A stretch of 64,000 nucleotides of DNA from Camelus dromedarius (taxonomy: Eukaryota): assembly GCF_036321535.1 (NCBI RefSeq), contig NC_087437.1:75146001-75210000 (forward strand), written 5' to 3'. The notes beneath the pieces are model-generated. The model searched no databases. It was not told where the DNA came from and worked only from the letters and a program-made list of their open reading frames with translations. Below are positions 13,601 through 26,454 of the stretch, piece by piece. Numbering within the stretch: the stretch's first letter is position 1; every line of letters starts with the position of its first letter. The position numbers and the translations under genes were made by a program.

Positions 13601-14110
13601 GTGTGAGGTGAGACTTCCTCTCTGCTCAGTGGCAGTCGCCACCCTTTCACAAGCGGACTCTGCTCCTAAGTTGCTGGAGCAGGTTCCCTGAGGGTTGGGC
13701 TCAAGCTGGCTCTGGTCCCTTTAAGTGTATATTTTTCCTTCTCCCTACACTAGGGCTTTTGCCCCAGAGGGGAGTGCTTTTTAGTAAGTGGGCTCATGTG
13801 CTTAGAGGCCTAGTGGGCTGCCTATGTAGGCATCTATGCTCTGCTCAGCTGCAGCCCAAGGTTGCATCTGTTGTTTTTGTCCCAGATCTAGTGCAAGGTC
13901 ATGGTGGGAGGGGGCGGAGCTGGAGTGTTTGCTGGCTGAAACTGGGGAATCACAGTGCTATGATTGCAGGAATTGAAGCAGCTAGGCTGCCATCAGAAGT
14001 TTGGGCTGTTTCTGTGGTGCTATTTGAGTAAGTGCTTAAAATGGCTGCTGCTGTCCCACCTAGACCACACCCCAGGCCCCTGGGTCACCTCTGTTTCCCT
14101 AGATCAAGGC
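7883..14110 (-). mobile_element. Near-full-length decayed L1 (5' UTR, ORF1, ORF2, 3' UTR)
   Basis: ORF1 coiled-coil remnant at 12997-13269 (EHISDLENRIMEITQSEQ), endonuclease remnant at 11672-11902 (HRLKVKGWKEIFHANG), Z-region at 10423-10737. Many stops and frameshifts. Confidence 0.92.
10561..10620 (+). repeat. Perfect (GAT)20 microsatellite inside L1 ORF2
   Basis: 60 nt of uninterrupted GAT. Confidence 0.98.
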
Positions 14111-14111
14111 C

Positions 14112-15701
14112 CTTAGATTGGAAGAATTAATATTGTTAAAATGTCCATACTACCCAAAACAATCTACATATTCAATGCAGCCCCTATCAAAATACTCATG
14201 ACAGTATTCACAGAACTAGAACAAAGAAACCTAAAATTATATGTAACCACAAAAGTCCCCAAATAGCCAAAGCAATTATGAGAAAAAAGAACAAAGCTGG
14301 TCAGTTAATCTGTGACAAAGGAGGCAAGAATACACAATGGAGAAAAGACAGTCTCTTTAATAAGTGATGCTGGGAAAACTGGACAGCTACATGTGAGAAT
14401 GAAATTAGGACATTCTCTAACACCATATACAAAAATAAACTCAAAATGGATTGAAGACCTAAATGTAAGACCAGAAACCATAAAACTCCTAGAAGAAAAC
14501 AAAAACATAGGCATAACACTCTTTGACATAAATTGTAGTAATATTTTTTTGGTCTCCTAAGGCACAAAAGCAAAAATAAACAAATTGGGTCTCATTAAAT
14601 TTAAAAGTTTTTGCACAGCAAAGGAAACTGTCAAAAAATAAAGACAGCCTACTGAATGAGAGAAAATATTTGCCAATTACATGACCAATAAGGGGCTACT
14701 ACCCAAAATAAACAGCCCATACAACTCAATATCAAAAAAAAAAAAAAAAAGCCCAATTAAAAAAACTGGGCAGAAGACCTGAACAGATGTTTTCCAAAGA
14801 AGATATACAGATGACCAGTAGGCACATGAAAAGATGCTCAATATCTCTAGTCATCAGGGAAATGCAAATCAAAACCACAATAATTACCTTATACCTGTCA
14901 GAATGGTTATCATCAAAAAGACCACAAATAACAAGCGGTGAAAGTGGTGAAAAGGGAACTCTCATACACTTTTGATGAGAATGTAAATTAGTGTAGCCAC
15001 TATGGAAAACAGTATGAAGATTCCTTAAGAAACCAAAAATAGAAGTACCATATGGTCCAGTAATTCCATTCCTGGGTATATATTCAAAGAAAATTAAAAC
15101 ATTAATTTGAAAAGATACATGCACCCCAATGTTCATAGCAGCAGCATTTACAATAGCCAAGATATGGAAGCAACTTAAGTGTCCATCAACAGATGAATGG
15201 ATAAATAAGATGCATATATACACACAATGAAATACTACTCAGCCATAAAAAAGAATAAAGATTTTCCCTTTGCAACAACATAGGTGGACCTGGAGGGTAT
15301 TATGTTTAGTGAAATAAGTATTATATTTAATGGATGGTATTATATTTAGTGAAATAAGTCAGAGAAAGACAAGTACTGTATGTTATCACTTACATGTGAA
15401 ACCTAAAAAATAAAACAAACGAATGAATATAACAAAAGAGAAACAGACTCAGATATAGAGAACAAACTAGTGGTTACCAGTAGGGAGAGAGAAAAGGGGA
15501 GGGGCAAAATAGGGATGGGGATTAAGATGTATAAGCTACTATGTATAAAATAGATAAGCTACCAGGATATATTGTACAGCACAGGGAATATAGCCAATAT
15601 TGTAAAATTTTAAAATGAATATAATCTATAATATTCAATCACTATGTTGTATATCTGAAACTAATATTGTAAATCAACTGTAATTTAGCTAAAAAAAAAA
15701 C
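14112..15701 (+). mobile_element. 5'-truncated L1 (ORF2 3' part + 3' UTR + poly(A)) with an internal deletion near 14300
   Basis: ORF2 C-terminal sequence. The 3' UTR is shared with the 54525-56942 copy. A-tail at about 15691-15700. Confidence 0.9.
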
Positions 15702-17640
15702 AAACTCAAAGTGCTTACATCAGTTTACATTCTTGTAAGAAGTTGAGTTTAACTGTTCCACATTTTTTGCCAAAATATGGTAGTTTAGGTTTTGCTTGTT
15801 TTCATTTTAGCTACTTTTGTGTGTGTAGTAGTATCTCATTGGTTCTAAGTTGCAGCTTTCTAACAACTAATCATGCTGACCATTTTTCATGTGCCTTTGG
15901 CTATTTGGATATCCTCATTTGGGAGGTGTCTGTTCCTGTCTTTTGATTATATTATGTTCATTTCTTTTTCTTATTTATCTATGTAAGTTCTTTATATATT
16001 CTGAATATGAATCTTTGTCTTACATGGGTATTTCAAATATCTTCTCCTAGACTGTGGCTTCCCTTTTGTCTCTCTTAGTATGTCTTAAAAAATAAACAAA
16101 GTAATTTTCTTAAGGTATAAGTTACACGACATTAAATTAATCCATTTTAAGTGTTGGTTTGAAGTTCGTTAGTAAATTTATTCAGTTAGATAACCATCAC
16201 TACAATCTAGTTTTAGATTTGTCTGACTTCTACAGCCCAGAGTTTTGGGGGACAACTTAGTATATTCTATACTTTGCTTTTACAGAGAAGATTCACTACA
16301 CAAGGAGGATTCATTGTAGCCAGAAGTCAATGGTCAATGGTCTTATAACAAACATAAAAATCTTGATTGTAATGAAATCTAGTTTATTAATCCATTCTTT
16401 TATGGTGAGACCTTTTTGTGTCTTAATTAAGAAAGCACAAGGGGATTTTTCTCTTATCTTCACTCTGATAATCTGGTGGGGCTCTTGGAGGTAAAACTTA
16501 CAAAAGTAGGGTGAGGCCCTCCCTTAGCCTGGGGCCCCAGGGGTTTTCAATTCTCAAGCTAGTCTACACTCAGTCTCCAACAATCAGTTAACAGCCCTGT
16601 AAGTGTTTTTACTAGTCATTGGCTCTAGTGGTGTCTTCTGTTCCCAGTAAGCTGTGATTCTCTGCCTTCTCTTGTCTCCCTGTTTTCAAAGCAGCTGTTT
16701 GTCCTGTGACTTCAATTCTCTAATGGATTCAAGAAGAGTTGTTGATTTTCAGTTTATTCAGCTTTTTCTGATTGTCATATTGGGAGTGATGAATTCCAAA
16801 CTCTTTATGTTGGACTAGAAACTGGAAGTCTTTACATTTACTTTTGATGTTAGTTTCTAGTTTAATTCTACTATGGTCAGAGAGTATAATATTCCAACCC
16901 TGTGAAAGCTGCTGACAATTGCTTTGTGGCACAGCACGTGGTCTGCTTTGGTGAGCCTTCCAAGTGTAGCTGAAAGTAACGTGTCTTGCAGATGTTTAGA
17001 GCTATGTTCTATAAATGTCAATACAGTCTGCTTGTTCTATCACTTGAGATGGGTATAGGAAATATCCCACAACGAAAATGGATTCATCTCTTTCTCCTTT
17101 TACTTGTATCAATTTTACAAAGGCTTTGTTTTCAAATATCCCCAAATTGAGGATTGTTGTCTCTCTCTTAAACCTTTTATCATTCTCTCTCTTTCTCTAA
17201 CCCTAATGATTTTTGCCTTAACTTCTGTTTTATCCAGTATTAATGTAGCCATGCTAAGTTTATTTAGGTTAGTTTTTGCATATAACTTTTACATACTTTT
17301 AACACTTCTGTGTTCTTTAAGGTGTTTCCCTTCAAAATACAAAATGGTTGGGTTTTTTTATTCCTTTTGTTGAATTTTTATAATCTGAGTTGGCAACCTT
17401 GTCTTTCAGTTAGAAAACATCAGTCACTGATACTCAATGTAACTACTAATATATTTGTCATTTAAATCTTTCATATTTCTATGTGTTTTATATTTGTCTT
17501 TTGTGCTTTGTTTCTCTTTTCTTTCTATCTTGCATTCTAGCTTAATCAACCATTTTTTAATTATTCCATTTTTCCTTCTATTGGCTTGACAGTAATGTTT
17601 TCTTTTTATAACTTTAGGCAGTTACCCCAGAAATAATTTT
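15702..17640 (-). mobile_element. Mosaic of old antisense L1 fragments, including an L1MD-like 5' end at about 16430-16830
   Basis: Degenerate ORF2 and 3' UTR motifs. Minus strand 'gacttccagtttctagtcc..aaaaagctgaataaactgaaaatcaacaact'. Confidence 0.7.
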
Positions 17641-17659
17641 TCTCACTATGATGAATGAC

Positions 17660-20600
17660 AAAAACATCACTAAGAAACTGTATTGATGCTACAACTGTAC
17701 CTCAGTAGCCATTTGTATGTGGATCAGGAATAGAAAGAATTAAAGTTCAATAACAGTAGATTTATTAGAGCAAGCAGTTGAGAGTGAAGTTTACAATTTT
17801 TAATTACTGTTACAATGTGTACACATGAGTATTCTTGTCTCTCAAATGAAGATGAAATCTTTCCTACATATCTTTGAAACTTTCAGTCTCCTAGATCACT
17901 GTCAGTTATCAACCTTGCTAGGTAGTATTAAGGATTTCTAAAGTTCACGTACTTCAAGTGGATCAATCAAATGTTAAGGAGAAGTGATATTTTATGCAAT
18001 AGATTTACTACTCAACATTATGGGGCCATATAAAACTGAAGTAGGACTAAATGGTTCTATTCTTTCCTCCCTTCATTTTAATAAGGGTAGTTGAAGATAA
18101 AAAAAAAAACTGAAGAATTTTTCATCAAGGAGTAAATTCAAACAGGTTGAGTTACTAATGAAAGGCATGCTACTTTAGGAACAAAGACTACTAATACATT
18201 CATTTGCCAACAGTAACTCTGTCAGACAAGTAGTCTTTTCCCCATTTTACAGAGAATTTGGTTGGGAAAATTTAAATAATTTGTTTAAGATCACACAATG
18301 TACCAGATGGAACTCAAAAATTCAAATCTAGATCTGCCTGAGAAAGCCACTTTCTTCTACATCAATGATTTTCAAAACTTCGTGTGCTTCAGAACACTTG
18401 GGTGCTCATTCCAAACAGATTCCCAGGTGGCCTCTTGGAATACGCACGTTTGTAAACACACTGTGTAAATGTGATGTAGTCCAAGATCCATATTTAAGAA
18501 CAAGAGCCCATTAGCTCTAAAAACTGCCTACTCAGGAAAACCAGAAACCATATATCGTCATAATAAAATAGTATTCATTTGTTATTTTTATCTCGCTATA
18601 AATCAGATATTCTTCAGCTACTGTAGTTCTAGAATTCTCGAGAGACTACGTAATAAGACATTCCAGGAGAATTTTTATAAATGCAGAGGAGTTTTGCTAA
18701 ACTTTGCTAAATCTGATTAAAAAAAAATTAACCATCAGGTATAATTTATCATGCATTCTGGGACAACGCTGAGAGCCAAAAAGGGAGCACTATTAATATT
18801 TCAAAATAACAGGCATTGACTGGAACCATCCCAAGCAAACTAAGACATCTGAGGGAAAAGTCAGTCAAACTTTTCTTCCCATATATCATGTTCCTAGTCC
18901 AAAACAATCAGTAGGTTTACCATCTGTTTCATTTTTTCATTTTGAAGAACACTATTTAAAAGGAAGAAAAACTTCTTTTGTGTACAAAGTCAATTCAAAA
19001 TGGGGATGGAGCTATGAAGTACTGAAAGAGAACACCAGCAAAGGGACAGAAGATCTGCATTCAAATCCCAGAATGCCACTTCGTAGTTATGACCTCAGAC
19101 AAATCATTTCCCTCTTATTTGAGCCTTGGTTTCATCATCTGTAAAAAACAAAGGATAGTATCCACTTTAAAGTTATTAGTGGATCAAACGAGGTAACAAA
19201 CACAATTGAAGGTGTCCCATAAAATCTGGAAAATGTTATATACATGGACAATAAAATGAAGGAAAACATTACAAGACATACTCTCTGACAGCAGCTGCAG
19301 TGATGTTACTGGATGCTTACAGATTGTTTTTGATGAAAATCTTGCTACTTCTCTCACTGGATTTCTGAGCAGGATGGTGTTCTGGATCCTTCAGCAGCCA
19401 CAGGCATGACAGTGATCACTATTTATACTGAAGCGACCACTACAGTTGTCTTTATTGTTAAATTACACTTCAAAAAGAAAAATCCCATTACCTTCAGCAT
19501 CTGCAGACTTGGATATGACTTTCAAGAGCATGGTCCTACTACATTCTCACTATATATCAGCTATCCTGGTAAGTCTTCTGGCTCCCTCTTTGGAACCAAG
19601 AACCACAGACCAGCACCAATGCAATCCTGCAGCCTGAGTTTATGGAGGAAGCACATGACTGACTGCCAGGACTCTCAAGTATTAGGACTCTGAGCCACTA
19701 TTTAACCACATGACCTAGGGCAAGATATTTTGGTAAAATGAGGGAACAGACCAGAGGATCATTAAGACCCTTTATCTCTGAGATTCTATGAGTCTAAGAC
19801 ATCCCTGGTATTTCACAAGTCTAGATGACTGCCTTCTTGGAAATTTTCCTACCCATTTTCATAAGTGAAGAAAAGTTTAAGCACAATTAAACAGAAATAG
19901 ATGTTTGAAACAGATTTCAAGTAGCTTCAGGATACAGTTAAAGTGATATGCACAGATAAAATTCAATTAAGGAACATTTATTCTTTCTCACATGAAAATA
20001 AATTGCAGTTGTAAACACACACTAAAAAACATTTGTTTTACAAGGTAATATGCTATATGACCATGACCTTGAGGTGTAGACAAGATAATTATTAAAGGCC
20101 CTGTAAGTTCTGAATTGTGCAATTCTACATGACATTTCACATGTCTAGATGACTGCCGTCACTTTGGGGTACTTTCCTTCACATTTTCCAGTCTATTCTC
20201 ATTAGAGAAGAAAACATTTAGCGCACGATTACAGAAATAGGGATTTTAAATAGAGATTTAAAGTAACTTCAAGATACACTTACACTGAAATATACAGGTA
20301 AAATAGTTGCTGAGTCAGAAAACACTTATTCACAGTCTAAATTTCATTAACTTATGGAAAATAATATGAACCAAATAACATTTCTTTTACAAGGTAACTT
20401 AATTCTTTAAATTTTGTGGCTAGAGACATGTACCACACTTACAGCATTTACACAATACTAATTTCAAAATGAGTTTTGACCTCTAAGAATGAAAGTTCTC
20501 AGTGACAAGCTTTAGCTATGCAACTTAGCTCAATGGGTGTCAACTCTGTCATAAGAAGCAACTACACAGAAACAGTACCCTACAGCCCCCAGCATGAGAA

Positions 20601-21577
20601 GTGAAATCAGAAACTTTCAAGGCAGAAAAAAAATTCCTCTGAAGTATAAACGATTAAGGTCCAAAGAGCGTATTTACAAATGAACATATGATCTAAGTTA
20701 TTCAACTGAGCAAGTAACTTAATTTGTACACTAACTTCTTACTGCTTCCTGGCTCTGGGAATATGTGTGCTGTACCTACTGTGCAAGACACTGGGAACAG
20801 CAGGAATCATCAGACACAGTCCCAGTGGTGTGCTGGTAGATGTTCAATAACCAGCTCCTGAGGGGAAGAAGAGCCCTTACTTACTGCATTTACCAATTTC
20901 TGTTGGGTAAAATTTTCCTACTATGGCAGATTTCAAGCGACCAACAATTTGAATAATTGGCTTACAAAATTCCTGAAACTAAAAATCCTCTCTCACAAAC
21001 CATTATAAGCCAGCTCCAACACACCACTGTTTGGTTCCCCACTCTCAAGTAGCTCATAATCTCTTCATGTGTACATATTTTAGAGGACAGAAAAGACTAG
21101 GCAAGATAAAGATAAAATATAAATACATTTTTATAAGCAATTTTAAAAGTTAAAAGGGACACTAAAATCTGCAGTATTTTTCCTGCTTCTCGTGTTTACA
21201 TTTATTTCAGGAAATTAAAATGTGGTATACTTGGGAGAAAGTAAAGGATGAGTGGAATAAGGAAAAGAAAAGACATCCTAAAATATATACTAACAGTTTT
21301 CATGTTTATGTTGGAGGAAAATATCTACTAAGATAAAGGCAAGTATAATGTAACTTTTAAAATTCCATCTTCTTTAAACCCTTTCAGTTCAGTTCACAGT
21401 CCTGAGGAGTTGTCCTCTCTTCTTTGGCTGCAGCTTTGATGAGATTAGCTAGATTATTCTGCACAATACTGAAGAGCATACTGCTTCACACCACTCACAC
21501 TGTCAGCTTAAACAAAGGGCAAAACTAAATTCTGGAATCTGAAAATCAGACTTCCTTTGCGTAGTCACCCCCTTTAA
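17660..21577 (-). other. DZIP3: DZIP3 3' UTR / possible UTR intron region with candidate poly(A) signals (AATAAA at 21201-21206, 19977-19982, 17761-17766)
   Basis: Mostly unique AT-rich sequence between the stop codon and the L1 block that begins near 17640. Hexamers were read directly. The true 3' end cannot be determined from sequence. Confidence 0.45.
20823..21029. mobile_element. MER63-like hAT MITE
   Basis: Terminal inverted repeats CAGTGGTGTGCTGG ... CCAACACACCACTG, 207 bp. Confidence 0.8.
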
Positions 21578-21688
21578 TCAGATCTTGGGCAACTGCCGGC
21601 TGGGGTGACCAGGAAATTCTTCTGGTAGCAAAACATGGAGTCTGCAGGTTGGGCATGTCCCCTGTTGCATCAACCAAGGTCTAATGCA
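21578..21688 (-). CDS. DZIP3: DZIP3 last coding exon (CIRPWLMQQGTCPTCRLHVLLPEEFPGHPSRQLPKI*), completing RING-H2
   Basis: ccttag|TGC...ATC TGA. Identical to the recalled human DZIP3 C-terminus. Confidence 0.96.
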   Translation of the reverse strand, partial: CIRPWLMQQGTCPTCRLHVLLPEEFPGHPSRQLPKI

Positions 21689-23201
21689 CTAAGGAGCAAA
21701 AAGATGCACGTCAGTCTCTCAGATTTACTTAGCCCAGCAGAGGCAGCTGTTACACCAGGGTGGCCAACCAACATGTCTTTCAGTGGATCTTAGAGCCTTA
21801 TTTGGTGGATCGCCATGATAAATGCTACAATCATAGCATCTTGTCTGTGGTTGGCTGAGCAATATAGCCGGTAACAGTAGAACGCTTTTCAGCCAGTTTA
21901 TTCTATTAAGATCCTTCTCCCAACCCCAATTTTCAGAAAGACTAGCAGTTCTTCCTAATAAGGAGGTTGAGGAAACCTGTTACATGTTTTCTCTAGTTTA
22001 TTATATATTATTCTCATTTATAATCCAGAGTCATACCTAAATATACAAAAGTCAACAATACCTTATGTTAAGTACTTATGGTGTTTTAAAGTTAAAATCC
22101 CTACATAATGGATATACTTTTTTAGACTGCTCTCTTTTTGGTGATAATGGTAGTACCTTTGGCTGTGAACTATCTGTTAAGTTATTTGCTTGAATATTGA
22201 CTCTCCAAAAACACATTATTTTTACCTGTATGAATAATGAGAGCCAGATCAGGTGAGAGAGGATTAAGAATAGCAGTATATAGGAGGCCCATTAACTACT
22301 CGAACCCTAAAGAGTAACCTGAATGAATCACCTGCTTTCTATTCAATGGGCAATGGCAAAAAATAAAATAAGTTTTGTGAAACATTTATTTTCTAAAAGT
22401 ATCTTTAGGACCTCTGAAACTTCAAATGGGAAAGTCAGATGGCAAATATCTATCCTGGATCTCTAGCCATTCTGTGTATATTTCTTATCAGAGCAGATGA
22501 AAAATATAATTCTGTATTAAGTATCACATATGTTTGAAATAATGTCTTACAGATACGGCTTGAATGAGCTGGCTACTGTTCACTTCTCTGAGAAGCCTTT
22601 CTTGTGTTAAGACTATCTTTTCCTGTGTCAAATTACATCTCTGCAACAGAAGACTTGGATCATAAATTGTGTATCAATAGCACTTGCACAACAGCAACAC
22701 CAGGAGTTAATTTATATAAATCCCAAGAATTAACAAAAGATATGCCAGACTCACATTTTTCTAACATCAAAACTCAAGCCTCAGAATCTTCAAAAGCAAA
22801 TAAAGGAGCCTGGACAGACGGTTAAGGTAAGTCTTCTGTGCTCTAATGGCAGTTGGCCATCATTAGGTGTAGACAAAGGACACTACTTATAGCAAGTCCA
22901 GGTGAAGTGGCACTGTTGCTCAACTGCCACATGAATCAACATCCCTCCTAGTTCTATCAAGGGAACTGCCACCATGTCCCATTATATCTCATCGTTGTCC
23001 CCTTCTCATGTTAGGTGTGTCAAGATCTGAGAAAGCACGATGCAATTCATGGGTTGGTATGGCAAACAGATATAAATGCTACTGTGTGGTACCCAAAGCC
23101 CAGAGTTATTTCCAGCGGAATTCATAACACAGCAGTGGATGATACATGTGTATTATTTCAAGGAAGGCAGTAGGAATTTCCCTTAGCTGATAAAAGTTTA
23201 C

Positions 23202-23303
23202 CTGAGAGTGGAATTTGTGTGCACAAGGCAAAACTGAAAGGTTTTCTGGAGAGAGATTCTCGTGACAGATTACACAAGGCTCCTCTTCTTCTTCCTCATC
23301 ATC
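23202..23303 (-). CDS. DZIP3: DZIP3 coding exon (102 nt; DDEEEEEEPCVICHENLSPENLSVLPCAHKFHSQ, first part of RING-H2)
   Basis: catag|GAT...CAG|gtaaac. Carries the C-x2-C and C-x-H-x2-H RING-H2 ligands. Confidence 0.96.
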
Positions 23304-23382
23304 CTATGAAAAATACACAAGTTAAATTCAGCTCATTTCTCTCAAGTTTAAATGTATTTATAATCAACAGTTTCAGCCTCAC

Positions 23383-23526
23383 CAGATTATTGGCTCCTTC
23401 CCACGTGGCAGGACCTTTTGAACTGAGGGGCTTCCAGGCTGGTTTTGAGGGCTGGGCAGCATTAGCCTGAGGTGGAGTATGGCTGGGTGAAACACAGTTA
23501 CTATTTGGCACTGATTTTCCTTGACT
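23383..23526 (-). CDS. DZIP3: DZIP3 coding exon (144 nt; SQGKSVPNSNCVSPSHTPPQ...GPATWEGANNL)
   Basis: tttcag|AGT...CTG|gtgagg, followed by a 79-nt intron. Confidence 0.95.
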
Positions 23527-23971
23527 CTGAAAATAAGATTATTACATTTATTTTCTTTTTAGAATTGTACTCAAATAGGAAGAACTGGTAGAATATCATA
23601 GAATAGGTTATAGTGAGAATTAGCAAGAGGGTCAGTTAGATTCATAGGAAATCTTGAAACAAACGTTGGTGATATTACTTATATACTCAGAGCCAGCTAA
23701 AGACAAAAATAACTCTAGGTGCTCTTTTAATAAAAACAAGTCTTTGTGAAATATTAGGGGAAAAAAGTCTCCTTTTGGAATCATTCAAAGTAACCTAGAA
23801 TAAATTTCAAGAGGATCAGTTTAATTCTAGAATCATCAACTGGTAAGTGTTTCCCATGCCATTTGTCAAGTTGAATTGTTTATTGTTAACAGATGATTTA
23901 ATATGATTATAGACTGATTTCCTGATCATGTTATGGAGATAATAAAGCTAACTACTAAAGATAAGGTCAAC

Positions 23972-24805
23972 TGTAAATAGTGCTGCTGTGAAATACTGGG
24001 GTGCATGTGTCTTCAAAATATATTTTTCTCCAGATATATGAGCAGGAGTGGGATTGCTGGATCATATTGTAAATTTATTTTTAGTTTTTTAAGGAACCAC
24101 CATAGTGTCCTCCATAGTGGACATTCCCACCAACAGTATAGGAGGACTCCTTTTTCTCCACACTCTCCGGCATTTATCGTTTATGGACTTTTGAATGATA
24201 GCCATTCTGGCTGGTGTGAGGTGATACTTCACTGAAGTTTTGATTTGCATTTCTCTTACAATTAGCGATGTTGAGCTTCTTTTCTTGCTGACCATATGGA
24301 TATCTTCTTTGGAAAGATGTCTATTTAAATCTTCTGCCCATTTTTTGATTGGGTTACTGAGTTTTGTTTTGTTTTGTTTTTTGATATTAAGCTATCTGAG
24401 CTGTTTGTATACTTTGGAAATTAGTTCCTTGTCAGTTGCATAAGCAGCACTATTTACAATAGCCAAGATATGGAAACAATCTGAATGCCCACTGACAGAT
24501 GACTGGATAAAGAAGTTGTATATTTATAAAATGGAATACTACTTGGCCATAAAAAGGATAAAATAATGCTATTTGCAGCAACATGGATGGACCTGGAGAT
24601 CATCATTCTAAGTGAAGTAAGCCAGAAAGAGAAAGAAAAATGCCATATGATATTGCTTATATGTGGAATCTAAAAAAAAAAGGACATAAATGAACTTATT
24701 TACAAAACAGATTTACAGATATAGAGAACAAACTTATGGTTACCAGTGGATTAAAGGGGTGGGAAAATTGGGAAAAGTGGGTGAATTGGGAGTTCGAAAT
24801 TTGTA
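23972..24805. mobile_element. 5'-inverted L1 (antisense 23972-24441, sense 24443-24805)
   Basis: Strand switch within continuous L1 ORF2/3' UTR sequence. Confidence 0.85.
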
Positions 24806-25026
24806 CCTCTTAGGAAGTGATGGAAATGTATGGTATCTTGACTGTGGTGGTGGTTTCATAGGTGCATACATATCTATCAAAATTCACCAAATTGTATATT
24901 TGAAATATGTGTAGTTTACTGTACAGAAATTATACTACAAAATAGTGAAAAAAATTTCTTTAAAAATTAAATAGAATTAAAAAAAATAAAGGTAAGGACA
25001 AAGAGATTAAGTTTTTTTTTTTTCAC

Positions 25027-25147
25027 CTGAGATCTCTTGGGGTCAATAAACTGTGAAATTTTGTTAACGATTTCATCAAATGTCAGTCCAGATAAGGACT
25101 TCCCATGAGTATCCTTCAATTTCCGTAAGAAATCTGTAAGCTCCTTT
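25027..25147 (-). CDS. DZIP3: DZIP3 coding exon (121 nt; KELTDFLRKLKDTHGKSLSGLTFDEIVNKISQFIDPKRSQ)
   Basis: ttccag|AAA...CAG|gtgaaa. Lies within ORF-track entry 24967..25362. Confidence 0.95.
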
Positions 25148-26454
25148 CTGGAAGAGATCAAGGAAAGAGCAGTGGTTATTTTCCTACTGCCTTGTGGATG
25201 TGCCCTCCAAAGGTGATATAAAATCCTATCATATGATTGATCTGTGGCATATAGATGTGATCTTTTACCTTTCTGATCTAAAAAAGTAATCATAGGTCCC
25301 TCTGCATTTATCTTAAACCAAAATGAAAACTCTGATGTGTTCATTATTAATAATGTGTTCATGAATGATAAAGTTTAGTATGTATTTTCTTTCCAAATAG
25401 AGATTTAACAGTCTTTAAAAGTTAACTGTGTGAAAATTAAGTTTGTTATCCACTTACTTATACACTGAGCTCTTTATATCATATCTCTCAATGCTCTCTT
25501 ACTCAGGACTAAAATATTCCTTTTTAACTATGTTGCTATTGGTCTCTTATCATTGTTAACAGTTTTACTTTTGTAAAGCTCAGAAACAGAAAACAAAGAT
25601 TAAACAGAACAAGAAAGCAAAGACTAAAAGACACATTAATTATGTGATAAAGAAACCTAGGAGTATTTTAACTGATATGTTCCTTTTCAATTTCCATGGC
25701 CCACTGACCCAAAGCCTGTGCACACATTTTTGGTGGGATAGGGTAGGGTGATGAAGTAGTTTTCTTTTCCAAATGAAATTTTCTATTCACCATTATATTT
25801 ATAAAACCTTAGTATAATCCTGAAGCATAACAGTATATATATTAAATACAAGCATTTGTCTTCAAATGAAAATACTAGTTAAAATTAGGATAATTTCATT
25901 TGATACAAGACTAAAGATAAAAGACACTTCATTTCTGGAAGAAGAGAATTAAATATCTTTCTGCTAAAGTCAGAACTGCGAAAAGCACAGTAAAATAATG
26001 ATTTCTTGCATTTACCTATGGCTAGCAAAGAAACTGTAAGGACCCTCAATAAAATTAAGGAAATAGGAAAGCAAAACCTGATATCTGAGCTTATAGGGCA
26101 TACAATTAACTTAAAATTCACTTTGGAAATAGGTTATTAAGATAATTATTGTCACTGGTGGCATTAAAATTAGCTAGGTCTACAAACAGTTGTACTTTCA
26201 GTAAATGAGCAAACCTAAATTTAAAATTTTATTCTCTCATGACTTAAAACTAACAAGTTTAGTGACAAGGCTTAGCATTTATATTGCATACTACCCCTTC
26301 TTAATAAATTTCATTTTCATTACCAAGGCCATGGTAAGGAAATACCTTTATATGTGTGTGTGTTGTGTTTATCTGTAATGTTTCATTGGAATAATTATGG
26401 CTAGGGAAACCGTAGAGTATGATCTGTACGCACCACTAAAAATAACTAAGGTAC

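Noticed and set aside
24967..25362. 131-aa ORF as a standalone gene or extended exon
   Set aside because: Only 25027-25147 matches DZIP3 and it has proper splice sites. The rest is chance intronic open frame.
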